From assembly GCA_002771515.1 (NCBI GenBank), contig PCTL01000021.1, forward strand, positions 1-53,390: 53,390 nucleotides of DNA, given 5' to 3'. The notes below the pieces were generated by a model. The model worked only from the letters and a program-made list of their open reading frames with translations, was not told the DNA's origin and searched no databases. Positions 27,858 through 37,354 of the stretch are shown in pieces; positions within the stretch are counted from its first letter, which is position 1, and each line of letters starts with the position of its first letter. The position numbers and the translations under genes were made by a program. This DNA comes from Candidatus Lloydbacteria bacterium CG22_combo_CG10-13_8_21_14_all_47_15 (GTDB lineage Bacteria; Patescibacteriota; Minisyncoccia; Phycocordibacterales; 21-14-all-47-15).

Positions 27858-29009
27858 ATGCGTTGGACTAATAATTCAAAAGACGGGCTCCGAACATGGG
27901 CTGAAGTGAGTACCAAAGCGCTTGGAAAAAACTATCGGCTTTTCCGGAAAATCATACCAAAAAAGACCGCGCTTATGGCAATCGCCAAGTCAAACGCTTA
28001 CGGCCATGGGCTAGTGCCATTCGCGCGAGCAATGGAATCTCTTGGAGCGGACTGGATTGGCGTTGATTCGTTTCAGGAAGCGGTACGACTCCGTGAAGAA
28101 GGCATTGCTATGCCGATTCTCGTTTTGGGACATACGCTTCCGGAGCGACTTGCCGACTCCGCTCGGCGTGATATCCGTGTCACGGTATCAAACATGCCGG
28201 TACTTCACGCATGCGCCACACTGCCAAAAACGATAAAAAAGAAACTTCGGATGCACATTAAAACGGATACCGGTATGGGGCGGCAGGGTTTCCAGCCAAA
28301 TGAGCTCGGAGTAGTGCTTTCTTTCGCGGAAAAAAACGGCTTGATAGATGCAATGGAAGGCCTCTATACCCATTTTGCACAAGCAAAAAACCCAAGTTTC
28401 CGACATACGACCCAAGCGCAAATTCAAGCATTTGAAAAAGCGCGCGCCGTATTCACGCGGCACGGCCTATCGCCACTCACGCACGCTGCCGCGACATCCG
28501 GTACAATGATATTTCCGGAAGCGCACTACGACATGGTGCGTATTGGTATCGGTATGTATGGTCTATGGCCATCAAAAGAGGCCCGCGCCGCGCTCGCTGA
28601 CAAATTTCCGCTCATTCCCGTACTTTCGTGGAAAACGCTCATCGGCGAAGTGAACCACATGCCGAAAGGCGCGGGTATCGGCTACGACCATACGGAAAAG
28701 CTCACACAGAATTCTTTCATCGCCGTCTGTCCTGTCGGGTACTGGCATGGCTACCCGCGCGCGCTCTCAAGCATCGGGCGCGCTATTGTACGCCAGAAGC
28801 AGGCGCGGGTATTGGGAAGAATCTCAATGGATATGCTTGTTTTAGATGTAACGCATATACCAAATGTACGCGCGGGAGACGAAGTCACACTTATCGGCGC
28901 GTCTACCGGCGCCGAAATCAACGCTGACGAGCTTGCCCACCTCTCCGATACGGTCAACTATGAGATTGTGACGAGAATAAACCCGCTTATCCGCCGTATA
29001 TACATATAA
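27858..29009 (+). CDS. alr: Alanine racemase
   Basis: PLP-lysine motif AIAKSNAYGHG. Also RIGIGMYGLWP and VCPVGYWHGYPR. ATG 27858 is preferred over GTG 27846. Confidence 0.9.
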   Translation: MRWTNNSKDGLRTWAEVSTKALGKNYRLFRKIIPKKTALMAIAKSNAYGHGLVPFARAMESLGADWIGVDSFQEAVRLREEGIAMPILVLGHTLPERLADSARRDIRVTVSNMPVLHACATLPKTIKKKLRMHIKTDTGMGRQGFQPNELGVVLSFAEKNGLIDAMEGLYTHFAQAKNPSFRHTTQAQIQAFEKARAVFTRHGLSPLTHAAATSGTMIFPEAHYDMVRIGIGMYGLWPSKEARAALADKFPLIPVLSWKTLIGEVNHMPKGAGIGYDHTEKLTQNSFIAVCPVGYWHGYPRALSSIGRAIVRQKQARVLGRISMDMLVLDVTHIPNVRAGDEVTLIGASTGAEINADELAHLSDTVNYEIVTRINPLIRRIYI

Positions 29010-29042
29010 AAACCCCTCCGGCATTACCGGAGGGGTTTTTAT
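29008..29042. terminator. Bidirectional rho-independent terminator
   Basis: CCCCTCCGG / CCGGAGGGG forms a 9-bp stem, with an A-run upstream and a T-run downstream. Confidence 0.75.
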
Positions 29043-29049
29043 ATGGCAA

Positions 29050-29136
29050 CTATTCAGCCGCCGTGTGAGATTCGCCCTGACCACATTCACATGTCTCTTT
29101 CTGGCAATTCTCACAAACTTTTTTTGTTTCATCCAT
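29050..29136 (-). CDS. Possible 28-aa Cys-rich peptide (MDETKKVCENCQKETCECGQGESHTAAE)
   Basis: Found by manual translation and absent from the ORF track. It has four Cys in a CxxC...CxC arrangement and ends just before the bidirectional terminator. There is no clear Shine-Dalgarno sequence. Confidence 0.25.
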   Translation of the reverse strand: MDETKKVCENCQKETCECGQGESHTAAE

Positions 29137-29187
29137 AATGTTTCAAAAACATTAAATAAGAAATAAGCAAGATATCGTACCAATATC

Positions 29188-29307
29188 TTACATGCCTGCT
29201 TCTGCTGGCTGATCGCCGGCTTCTGCGGGCTTGTCCGTCTCCGGCGCGTTGCCTTCTGTCGGCATGTCCGGTGTCGGGTTAACCATCGGAGTCCCTTGTT
29301 CATCCAT
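29188..29307 (-). CDS. Possible 39-aa Pro/Glu-rich peptide (MDEQGTPMVNPTPDMPTEGNAPETDKPAEAGDQPAEAGM)
   Basis: This is the inner start of the 64-aa track ORF. An AT-rich hairpin (AAGATAT...ATATCTT) follows. It shares the ATGGATGAA start with the neighbouring mini-ORF. Confidence 0.25.
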   Translation of the reverse strand: MDEQGTPMVNPTPDMPTEGNAPETDKPAEAGDQPAEAGM

Positions 29308-29570
29308 AAAAATCATTAGGGTTAGGATTTTATACCGCATACGCGAGACAAAATCTCTGGTAATGTAAAAAGTAATCCGCATTGGATTACCTTGCTTCTA
29401 GTATACATGGCGCAAGGCATTTGTCAATATCAGAACATTGTAAACATCCTATGTCAATGATTTTTCAGGCATGTGTATTTTCAGCTATTTTTGCGTTATT
29501 TATATTTTTTCTATACAATATTGAACATCTAGCCCGCCCGATACTATTATACGGGGGGTAGAAATCATCC

Positions 29571-30329
29571 ATGACAGACCTTTTCAACACCTTTCTCTTT
29601 GAGCCGCTTTATAACGCGCTCATTTTTCTTGTGGATGTTATGCCGGGCGGCAGTGTCGGCTTTTCCGTTATTGCGTTAACGCTTCTGGTAAAACTTTTAC
29701 TCTTTCCACTCTCGCATAAATCGGTGCGTACGCAAGCGAAAATGCGTACATTAGACGCGGATATCAAAAGAATTAAAAAAGAGCACGGTAATGATAAGCA
29801 GGAAGAGGCAAAAAAAATCATGGAGCTCTACCAAGCGCACGGAGTAAACCCATTTTCAGGGTGTTTCCTGCTTATCATTCAGCTTCCTATCATCGTAGCG
29901 CTCTACTGGGTTTTTCTGAAGGGTATAGATATCAAACCGGAGCTGATTTATTCTTTCATACCAACGCCGGAACAAGTAAGCACGATGTTTCTCGGATTTA
30001 TTGATATGCACGGCAAAAGCATTATACTTGCCTTTCTCGCCGGCGCGACACAATTTTTCCAAATGAGACTTTCCCTACCACCGATGCCTACCGGCTCCAC
30101 AGACGGCGGCGCGCGGTCATTCAAAGACGAGCTCGTAAAAAGCATGGGCATTCAGATGAGATACATTATGCCTGTGATTGTCGCCGTGATTTCATACACT
30201 ATTTCAGCCGCGGTTGCATTATATTGGACAACGAGTAATCTATGGAGTATCGGGCACGAGCTTGTGGTTAGGCAGAAAGCGCAAAAAATCCTTGCGCACA
30301 ATACTGAAAAAGAGAGTCATTCCGTATAA
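29571..30329 (+). CDS. yidC: Membrane protein insertase YidC (short, Gram-positive/Oxa1-like form)
   Basis: 252 aa. LLVKLLLFPLSHKS, ELYQAHGVNPFSGCFLLIIQLPI and ALYWTTSNLWSI. Confidence 0.9.
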   Translation: MTDLFNTFLFEPLYNALIFLVDVMPGGSVGFSVIALTLLVKLLLFPLSHKSVRTQAKMRTLDADIKRIKKEHGNDKQEEAKKIMELYQAHGVNPFSGCFLLIIQLPIIVALYWVFLKGIDIKPELIYSFIPTPEQVSTMFLGFIDMHGKSIILAFLAGATQFFQMRLSLPPMPTGSTDGGARSFKDELVKSMGIQMRYIMPVIVAVISYTISAAVALYWTTSNLWSIGHELVVRQKAQKILAHNTEKESHSV

Positions 30330-30351
30330 GCCACACAACAAAAAAACGGTT

Positions 30352-30864
30352 ATGGTTATGGATACCATTAAAAATACAGCTGAAGAATTTTTTGCCGCCG
30401 GTGGCTTTGACTTGGACTCTCTTGAAGTTGCCGTAGATGAACAGACCGGCACGACGCGAGTTAAAGTCAGGACTGCGGACGCGCCACTATTTATCGGAAA
30501 ACATGGCGAAGTGCTCTACGCGATAAATCATATTTTCAAAAAAATCGCCGAACGGCGATTTGGCGATAGCGCAACTCACGCACATATTGACATTAACGAA
30601 TACACGGCAAAGCGTGAAGAAGAGGTACGATCAAAAGCTCTCATGCTTGCCGAGCGGGCGCGCTTTTTCAAACGAGATATTGAACTTGACCCGATGAACG
30701 CCTACGACCGTATGTTGATACATACCATGTTCAAGGAAACGCGCGATATCGTGACTGAATCAACCGGCAAAGGGATGGCGCGGCGAGTTGTCATTAAATA
30801 TCAAGAAACATTTTCTCCTCCCACGCACGAATCGTCTGAAGAGGCATACAAAGAACGCTTTTAA
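30352..30864 (+). CDS. jag: Jag-type RNA-binding protein (KH plus R3H domains)
   Basis: FIGKHGEVLYAINHIF is KH-like. ELDPMNAYDRMLIHTMF is the R3H motif. It has the classic position downstream of yidC. Confidence 0.85.
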   Translation: MVMDTIKNTAEEFFAAGGFDLDSLEVAVDEQTGTTRVKVRTADAPLFIGKHGEVLYAINHIFKKIAERRFGDSATHAHIDINEYTAKREEEVRSKALMLAERARFFKRDIELDPMNAYDRMLIHTMFKETRDIVTESTGKGMARRVVIKYQETFSPPTHESSEEAYKERF

Positions 30865-30890
30865 CCTTCGGCCTTGCGCACAACGCGCGT

Positions 30891-30925
30891 AAAGAAACCC
30901 CGACATAAATCGGGGTTTCTTTATT
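30891..30925. terminator. Bidirectional rho-independent terminator
   Basis: AGAAACCCCG / CGGGGTTTCT forms a 10-bp stem with an 8-nt loop between convergent genes. Confidence 0.7.
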
Positions 30926-30935
30926 ACTTTAATAA

Positions 30936-32183
30936 TCACAGTCGGAGCGTCCAGAGCGAGCGGTCTTTTTTGTTCATAAATATAATATGCGTGCTCTCTT
31001 CGTCTATCTTCGGATCAATAATATCAATATCCTCCCCAAGCACATTCGGCGACGCGATACGATCAGTAAAGCCGGATTCGCGGTCAATAATCCAGATGTC
31101 ATCGGAAAGCGATACCTGGCCTTGATACCAGTCGTCAGGATAGTCGCCACGCGGCACTGCGGTCGGTACGCCGCAATACACCGCCACCGAGTCCGCCGCC
31201 CACACGCATTTGTCTGGAGGAAATGTTGAGATAGCAAGCCGTTCGCTTTCTCCATCGTCAAAGAAATAAGTTTCAAAACCGCGCGGTGTGCTTTTACTAT
31301 AAAGCACGGTATCTGCATCAGGACTCGTGAGCGCGGTCAGCCCAAGTATACCGTTCAATATATTCCGAAACCCGCCGGTCTGTGTATTTACAAAATACAT
31401 GTGACCATCAACATTTTTTGACGGTTTTGTAGTGAGAGCTATCGTTCCGGTATTCGGCCAAAGTGCGCGCCATTCGCGAAACGGCAACGAAAAAATCTCA
31501 ACCCGCCGGTTTCCATCATAGTCAGTAGCAATCCCGACCGCGGAATTATCAACATTAAATATAGCAAATATCCTGTCGGAATCTTGAGACGAAGCGAGCG
31601 CAAGTGGTACGCCGGTAATAAATGAGCCGTTAAACTCATTTGTGTCTTCGTGTACAGTTCCCGCGAATGTGACAATCCGCCCGCTATCATCGTCTATATA
31701 TAAGAAGATCACCTGACTACCGTCTTTGTTCCAATACATTTCCTGACCCGCGGGAATTGTCGTACCTGTAAGCCGCTTGGTGTTGTCGGTTGAAAGGTCA
31801 ACTTCGTAGATGTGGCCGGTCCGCCGGTCCGCGTAGCGAGCGAGTGGCTCACCGTCGCGAAGAAATACAGTAGCGCCCACAACCGGCCCCTCGGCGATTT
31901 TCCGAAGTGCCGGTAGCTCACGCGCTTCTCCTTCTCCGCCACCGAGACGGATACTGCCACGCCCGTCGCCACCGTCGCCACCGGCACCGCCAAACGGCGT
32001 GCCACCACCACCTGTGTCTTCCGAGTCAGTAGGGAAAAATCCGGAGAAAATACCACGGTCCGCCGGCTCCACGCTCCCACCGCCAAGCGTACCTCCCCGC
32101 TCTAAATACCACGCCAAGCCCAAAAGCACCACTGCAATGAGCACGCCGACGATTATTAAAATGGTGATTGTTTTTCTTGACAT
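30936..32183 (-). CDS. Hypothetical membrane-anchored protein with a Gly-rich linker and a beta-propeller-like (TolB/PD40-like) body
   Basis: N-terminal TM ITILIIVGVLIAVVLLGLAW. Linker GGGGTPFGGAGGDGGDG. Repeated short beta-strand/turn segments follow. No catalytic motif is recognised. Confidence 0.6.
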   Translation of the reverse strand: MSRKTITILIIVGVLIAVVLLGLAWYLERGGTLGGGSVEPADRGIFSGFFPTDSEDTGGGGTPFGGAGGDGGDGRGSIRLGGGEGEARELPALRKIAEGPVVGATVFLRDGEPLARYADRRTGHIYEVDLSTDNTKRLTGTTIPAGQEMYWNKDGSQVIFLYIDDDSGRIVTFAGTVHEDTNEFNGSFITGVPLALASSQDSDRIFAIFNVDNSAVGIATDYDGNRRVEIFSLPFREWRALWPNTGTIALTTKPSKNVDGHMYFVNTQTGGFRNILNGILGLTALTSPDADTVLYSKSTPRGFETYFFDDGESERLAISTFPPDKCVWAADSVAVYCGVPTAVPRGDYPDDWYQGQVSLSDDIWIIDRESGFTDRIASPNVLGEDIDIIDPKIDEESTHIIFMNKKDRSLWTLRL

Positions 32184-32341
32184 ATGTATTATGTAGATTC
32201 AGTAAATCATAAGAGCGTAATTTGGTTACTATCAACTAATTTGATGGTTTTCTTTCATGGTTTTCATAGTCGGACACACCATTGTTGTGTCTAACAAACG
32301 CTTCCAATAAATTGGTTGGCCGATGCTTTATGGTATTCCAC

Positions 32342-33235
32342 TCACTGGGTACCGGGGGGTATTTGTTGTACTTGTTGCTGATTATTCTGCGATTGTAATG
32401 TCTGCGCTGCTGCCTGCGCATCCTGAAGATCCAGAACTCTCTGTTTCAACCCCTGTACCGCAATAAGCTCCTCTTCTTTAAGTTTACGGCCCGCCTCGGT
32501 AAGGTTAGGATTGCTTAACTGGGCTTGAATAGCCTGTTCAGATTTTTCCAACTGCTTAATACATTCGTTACTTGCAAAGCTACCGGTACCGCTATGACCG
32601 CATGCGTTATTAATCAATGGCGATTGTGTGCCACAAGTAGATGACGAGCACTCAATAGGCGCTGAATTAACTTTACTGGCTTGCTCGGCTTGCTGAAATG
32701 CCTGTATTTGAGAACTCACCTCTTGTATCTGCTGCGCTGACGATTTCGTTGGCAATTTTGCATTAATATTCACAGCATTCGGGACGATTTTTAGATCAAC
32801 AAGATTTGGATTGATTGTTCGCAAAATAAGCCATGCGGCAAGCGCAATCAAAAGCCCGCCGATAGCATGCGTCATGCGTTTTCGCCCCGCTTCTTTCATA
32901 GTCACAGAAGGAGAAATATACTCAATACCACCCACCACAAGCATCAAAACGGCAAGCACGCCCGCCAACCCGATAATCGCTGTAAATATGCGTATCACAT
33001 ATGCGCCAAGTCCTCCAGGCGCAACCTGTGTAAGCTCCCCGCCACCGCCGACACCGGACGGTATAGGCGCAAGGAGCTGATATGGTTGTGCCGCAAATAC
33101 TTGGCTGGCGGGAGTAAACAAAAAAATACCGACTACAAATCCTATAAAAGATAGTAACAACGCCATACGAAATAGGTTTTTTGTCCGTATCCCTATGTTT
33201 GATTTTATAAACCGCATAATATACTCATTGTACAT
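32342..33235 (-). CDS. T4SS pilin-like protein (VirB2/TrbC-like) with a long C-terminal extension
   Basis: The signal peptide ends SQVFA/AQ. Then YQLLAPIP and two hydrophobic helices (IFTAIIGLAGVLAVLMLVVGGIEYI and AIGGLLIALAAWLILRTINPNL). A Cys- and Gln-rich tail of about 150 aa follows. Confidence 0.7.
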   Translation of the reverse strand: MYNEYIMRFIKSNIGIRTKNLFRMALLLSFIGFVVGIFLFTPASQVFAAQPYQLLAPIPSGVGGGGELTQVAPGGLGAYVIRIFTAIIGLAGVLAVLMLVVGGIEYISPSVTMKEAGRKRMTHAIGGLLIALAAWLILRTINPNLVDLKIVPNAVNINAKLPTKSSAQQIQEVSSQIQAFQQAEQASKVNSAPIECSSSTCGTQSPLINNACGHSGTGSFASNECIKQLEKSEQAIQAQLSNPNLTEAGRKLKEEELIAVQGLKQRVLDLQDAQAAAQTLQSQNNQQQVQQIPPGTQ

Positions 33236-33244
33236 AATAATTGC

Positions 33245-34303
33245 CTAGAAGCCGAAGAAGTTCCCGAAAAACCCCTCAAATGTCCCGAATTGTATGAGTA
33301 GATTCGCGCTTGCAAACTGGAGAAACCGTTCCGTCGCGTTTACATCAAGCGTCACGCGCGATGCTCCGCCTTCCACATCTTCCGGCTTACGGAATGTTAC
33401 CTCGCGCCAGCCAAGCGTGCCACCACCATCCACCTCAATTGCGTTGCCGTTTAATGCCCAGCGTGTTTCTACCGGCTCGCTGTGTGAGAAAAAATACGGC
33501 TCGGCGCGAATTGCCGATTCTTCCCCGCGAATAGTAACTGAGCCGGTAAGCGCGGTATCGTATACCACACCTTCAAGGGGTCGATTTTCATAAAGCACAA
33601 TTTCCGGCTGTATCGCGGAAATGCTCGCCGCCGCGTGCGCCGTGACGAGACCATCAACCGTGGACACATCTACCGTTACATACCGATGCTCGTATACTTT
33701 CGCGCCTTGGAACTCAAGCGTATTGCGCCCATATCCGGATCGATCTTCAATTACGCGAAAATCAACCTTCCATAGATACACAAGCTCTCGTGCCGGTACC
33801 AGCCGTCCACTTGTTTCATCAATAATACGCGGAAAAGCCATAATTCTGGTATCTGCTTGGGACGCAGGGAGCGCTTTGCCTCGGTAAAAAGGGGGTGTGT
33901 ATGTGTCTGCTTCCCATACAAGTGTCACTTCAGCAGGCCGAAATGTTTTCTCAACTTCAAATGTCCCAAATTTCTTATGTTCCACGACCACTGTAACGCG
34001 CAGAGCAGAACCGGCGCTCCCAACAGTAAGCACTGTTTCTTTCGCGCCTATACCGGACCGTATTTGTTCGCCATTTACATACCATGTAATGGTACTCTCA
34101 TCAACAGAAAATCGCGAACTCGCCACCTTTATAGTAACCCGTTCGTTCGGAACAGGATTTTCGGGAGACGCTGAAACAGAAATTGGATTCGCGTTTGTTA
34201 CAACATTTTCCACTGAAATCTGCGCCGACACAAAAAGAGGCACCACAACAAGCATCCAGAGGATTCCAATAGTGTTTTTTCTAAAGCAACGCGGGAGGTC
34301 CAT
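33245..34303 (-). CDS. Hypothetical secreted protein with an all-beta repeat body
   Basis: Signal peptide ILWMLVVVPLFVSAQ. The C-terminal aromatic tail is FGTFEGFFGNFFGF. It lies inside the T4SS-like operon. Confidence 0.6.
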   Translation of the reverse strand: MDLPRCFRKNTIGILWMLVVVPLFVSAQISVENVVTNANPISVSASPENPVPNERVTIKVASSRFSVDESTITWYVNGEQIRSGIGAKETVLTVGSAGSALRVTVVVEHKKFGTFEVEKTFRPAEVTLVWEADTYTPPFYRGKALPASQADTRIMAFPRIIDETSGRLVPARELVYLWKVDFRVIEDRSGYGRNTLEFQGAKVYEHRYVTVDVSTVDGLVTAHAAASISAIQPEIVLYENRPLEGVVYDTALTGSVTIRGEESAIRAEPYFFSHSEPVETRWALNGNAIEVDGGGTLGWREVTFRKPEDVEGGASRVTLDVNATERFLQFASANLLIQFGTFEGFFGNFFGF

Positions 34304-34323
34304 ATGATTATTCTAACATATAT

Positions 34324-34791
34324 TTACCTCATAATATGAAGCGCGGGGTCAAACGCGGCTGAAAACTTCTGCACCTGCCCGCTGTTTTCCAGATACCGAA
34401 TAACAAAAAGCGACAAGACAGTCATCGGCATGATGCTTAAAAAAGGTAGGAACTCTATCAAAAACATTGTCGCGAGCATGCCAACTTTTTTGGAAGTAAA
34501 CGACACACCGACATACCAAAGATAGAAAAAAATGATAAACGACATTATGGGGCCTACAAGAAAAGAAATCCAAGCAAATACCACACTCACTGCTGCAAGT
34601 ATATCAAACATATCTTTGCCAGCGGCAAAAAGAACAATAATAAGAAAGCCGGCACCATGCATTTTTTTCGGCGGCTTTTCTGTGCGAGCTTTCCCATCTT
34701 CCTTATTCTGCCTATAATCATCGCGGATACGCCGCCGTCGCGCCTGCCGGTCAGCGGTGTCGGTATTCGTTTGTATTTCATCTCCTACCAT
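34324..34791 (-). CDS. Hypothetical small polytopic membrane protein
   Basis: The N-terminus is basic, and three to four TM segments follow. It lies immediately downstream of virB4. Confidence 0.6.
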   Translation of the reverse strand: MVGDEIQTNTDTADRQARRRRIRDDYRQNKEDGKARTEKPPKKMHGAGFLIIVLFAAGKDMFDILAAVSVVFAWISFLVGPIMSFIIFFYLWYVGVSFTSKKVGMLATMFLIEFLPFLSIMPMTVLSLFVIRYLENSGQVQKFSAAFDPALHIMR

Positions 34792-34811
34792 ATTTCATTT
34801 ACGCGCGTTTG

Positions 34812-36704
34812 TTATTTCGCCTCCGCACGGCTCTGTCCCGCTTCTGTCCTGCCTTGGGAGAGCGTTTTCTCTTCATTCTGCGTTGCAGACAGATTGCGCG
34901 CTTCTTTTGCTTTTTTAATAGCGAGCAATTGCGCAGGGTCAGAAGTAATAATCTGGTCTTCGGTATACGAAGCAATTATTTTTATCGCCACATGCTTCAA
35001 CCCAGCGAAAAAAATACCTTCACCAACATCAGCTTCAAGAATGAGAAATTTTTCTTCATCTGTGAGGTGAAAGGTCTCCTGCACCTGGTCTATCACCGCG
35101 GGAGATTGCTTCAAAAGGAGCTGGATTGATGAGTTTGTGATAATAGGCAAACCATACGGAGATTTCAAAAAGTCTCCCACATCCTGCGTAACAGTCGCAA
35201 GCCCGAGAAAATATTTACGCGAACGCTTGGCGATACCAAATAGAAACGAAGCCGTGTCTTCTTCCTTCATCATCCACCACGCCTCGTCTATTACAAGAAG
35301 GCGCTTTCGTAATTCTTTCCGCACGGCACTCCATATGTAATGTGTAATCAGATACATTGCTACCGGCTTCAATTCATCTTCCATGTCTCGCACGGAAAAA
35401 ACGATAAACTTCCGGTTAATGTCAACATTGGTTGGCTGGTTGATAAATCCGGCCCATGTGCCTTTTGTATACTTTACAAGCCGCTGGACGAGCGACTCGC
35501 CACCTTCCATGCCGGCGAGCACAAGCTCAAAATCAGAAAGGAGCGGCGGGGTTTTATCAGTAAATGCCTGACCGAGGACAATGTCTTTTAAGGCATATGT
35601 TTCAGTGATTGCCTGATCAATGATGGAATCTTCTTCGGGCGAAAGCCCGCCAAGCATAATACGAAACAATCCGACGAGATTTACAATATGCGAGCGCAAA
35701 ACATCAGATGGCGACTCATCTTCCCGTGGCGTCGGGAGCTCAAACGGATTGATATGATGCTCGGAACTCAAAGAAATGTTGAAATACCTGCCTCCAACGG
35801 CTTCAGCCATATATTCATATTCCCGTTCCGGGTCCACCACGATAACATCGGTGTCAAACATAAGCGAGCGAAGAATTTCAAGCTTCGTGGTGTAGGATTT
35901 GCCGGCACCGGCTTTCGCAAAAATGACCGAATTGTAATTTTCAAGCGAGTATCGGTCAAAAAGAATAAGCGATGAGTTGTGTCGGTTGACGCCGTAGAGA
36001 ATTCCTTTATCGGATGTCAGGTCAAATGAAATGAACGGAAACAAACTTGAGAGAGGCGCGGAGTTCAATTTTGAGTTGATGCCTAAACGGTCATCCGCAA
36101 GCGGGAGCACGCTCTGAAACCCCGCTTCCTGCTGGAAAAGCGCGGGCTTCAGATACACAAGCAATGATTCAAGAATCGCTTTTATCTTGGACTCAACCTT
36201 GTCTAGCTCGTCTTTTGAGTCACCGTAAATCGTGATGTAAAGACCGACATTAAAGAGCTTTTCCTGAGCCTGCTGAAGCCGGTCACGCAGATCTTCCAGG
36301 TTTCGGTACGCGGCATCAAGCGCGGGATCACGAACAAGTCCTTTTTCCTCACGGATATTTATCTGACTCTCCACCTCCGCTACTTTTTTCTGAAATTGCC
36401 GCAATACCCGTTCGGTCTCAATCATGTGCACATAGATAGCGACATCAAACACATGGTCTAAGTTTACAATGGGCGAAAACCAGTTTTCCGACAAATTTCG
36501 CGGATATGAGATTACAAAAAATGTCCGTGCAATTTTCTCACCAAGATTTATCTCGCGTGGCGTAATCTGAAGCGCGGAAGGTGCTAAAATGTCTCTCAAC
36601 TCAAGCGCTGACGCTTCGTATATTTCCTGCGGCAAAATCGGCGCAATTGCATCATCGCCGGTCTGTTTGGTCTGTTTATTTTTAAAAATATCAAGCAATC
36701 CCAT
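34812..36704 (-). CDS. virB4: VirB4/TrbE/PrgJ-family T4SS ATPase
   Basis: 630 aa. Walker A FAKAGAGKSYTTK. Walker B RLLVIDEAWWMM. The C-terminal LATVTQDV motif is typical of VirB4-type AAA_10 ATPases. Confidence 0.9.
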   Translation of the reverse strand: MGLLDIFKNKQTKQTGDDAIAPILPQEIYEASALELRDILAPSALQITPREINLGEKIARTFFVISYPRNLSENWFSPIVNLDHVFDVAIYVHMIETERVLRQFQKKVAEVESQINIREEKGLVRDPALDAAYRNLEDLRDRLQQAQEKLFNVGLYITIYGDSKDELDKVESKIKAILESLLVYLKPALFQQEAGFQSVLPLADDRLGINSKLNSAPLSSLFPFISFDLTSDKGILYGVNRHNSSLILFDRYSLENYNSVIFAKAGAGKSYTTKLEILRSLMFDTDVIVVDPEREYEYMAEAVGGRYFNISLSSEHHINPFELPTPREDESPSDVLRSHIVNLVGLFRIMLGGLSPEEDSIIDQAITETYALKDIVLGQAFTDKTPPLLSDFELVLAGMEGGESLVQRLVKYTKGTWAGFINQPTNVDINRKFIVFSVRDMEDELKPVAMYLITHYIWSAVRKELRKRLLVIDEAWWMMKEEDTASFLFGIAKRSRKYFLGLATVTQDVGDFLKSPYGLPIITNSSIQLLLKQSPAVIDQVQETFHLTDEEKFLILEADVGEGIFFAGLKHVAIKIIASYTEDQIITSDPAQLLAIKKAKEARNLSATQNEEKTLSQGRTEAGQSRAEAK

Positions 36705-36718
36705 ATGGTATCTGTTGT

Positions 36719-37354
36719 TTAAGTTGCCGTGATTGGCTTTTCCAGCTCACCAGGATTAAATATCTGGTAAAAGAGTTCAATAATCTCCTCTGTACCGAGT
36801 GGCACGACCCGTACGCCGGAACGAATAAGCCCCTGCTCCACAACGCCGGCACGCTGTTCAAGCTGGGTACGCGATTCTTCAAAAATGTCCGCGGCAGCCA
36901 TCTGAGGTGTTTTTGATTTCTTTCCCGCGCCAGGGAACAATTTTTGAAACCCTGCCTGCTTCACTGCAACAGAACGCTCATACGGAATCACGATAAAAAA
37001 ACTCTTTGTCATTATATCAACCGACTCGGTAAAATTTTTGATAAACGCCACATATTCCCGTGTCTGGATTTTAATCAAGTCATTCACCTGCTCCTTTTGG
37101 CGTCCTTCCAAAAGCGCGATATACGGACGGATATCAAGCCGTCGCGATTGAATATAAAATTCAACCGAAAAATCAAGCGAGTTTAAAAAATTCTGAAACT
37201 GTAGAATAATCGCCTGTTGTTCATCCGTAGATTTAAGCGCGAAATTCAGAGATGATGCCATAAGCACCATGCGAAGCGAGCCGTTTTTCAGCACAACTAC
37301 GCCGTCACGGACTTCCTTCACCGGAACAAATTGTTGAGTTGTTTTATCCGCCAT
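36719..37354 (-). CDS. Hypothetical soluble protein of the T4SS-like operon (211 aa)
   Basis: The start is taken at ATG 37352-37354 (MADKTTQQFVPVKEVRDGVVVLKNG). It overlaps the PrgI-like gene by 11 nt. Confidence 0.6.
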   Translation of the reverse strand: MADKTTQQFVPVKEVRDGVVVLKNGSLRMVLMASSLNFALKSTDEQQAIILQFQNFLNSLDFSVEFYIQSRRLDIRPYIALLEGRQKEQVNDLIKIQTREYVAFIKNFTESVDIMTKSFFIVIPYERSVAVKQAGFQKLFPGAGKKSKTPQMAAADIFEESRTQLEQRAGVVEQGLIRSGVRVVPLGTEEIIELFYQIFNPGELEKPITAT

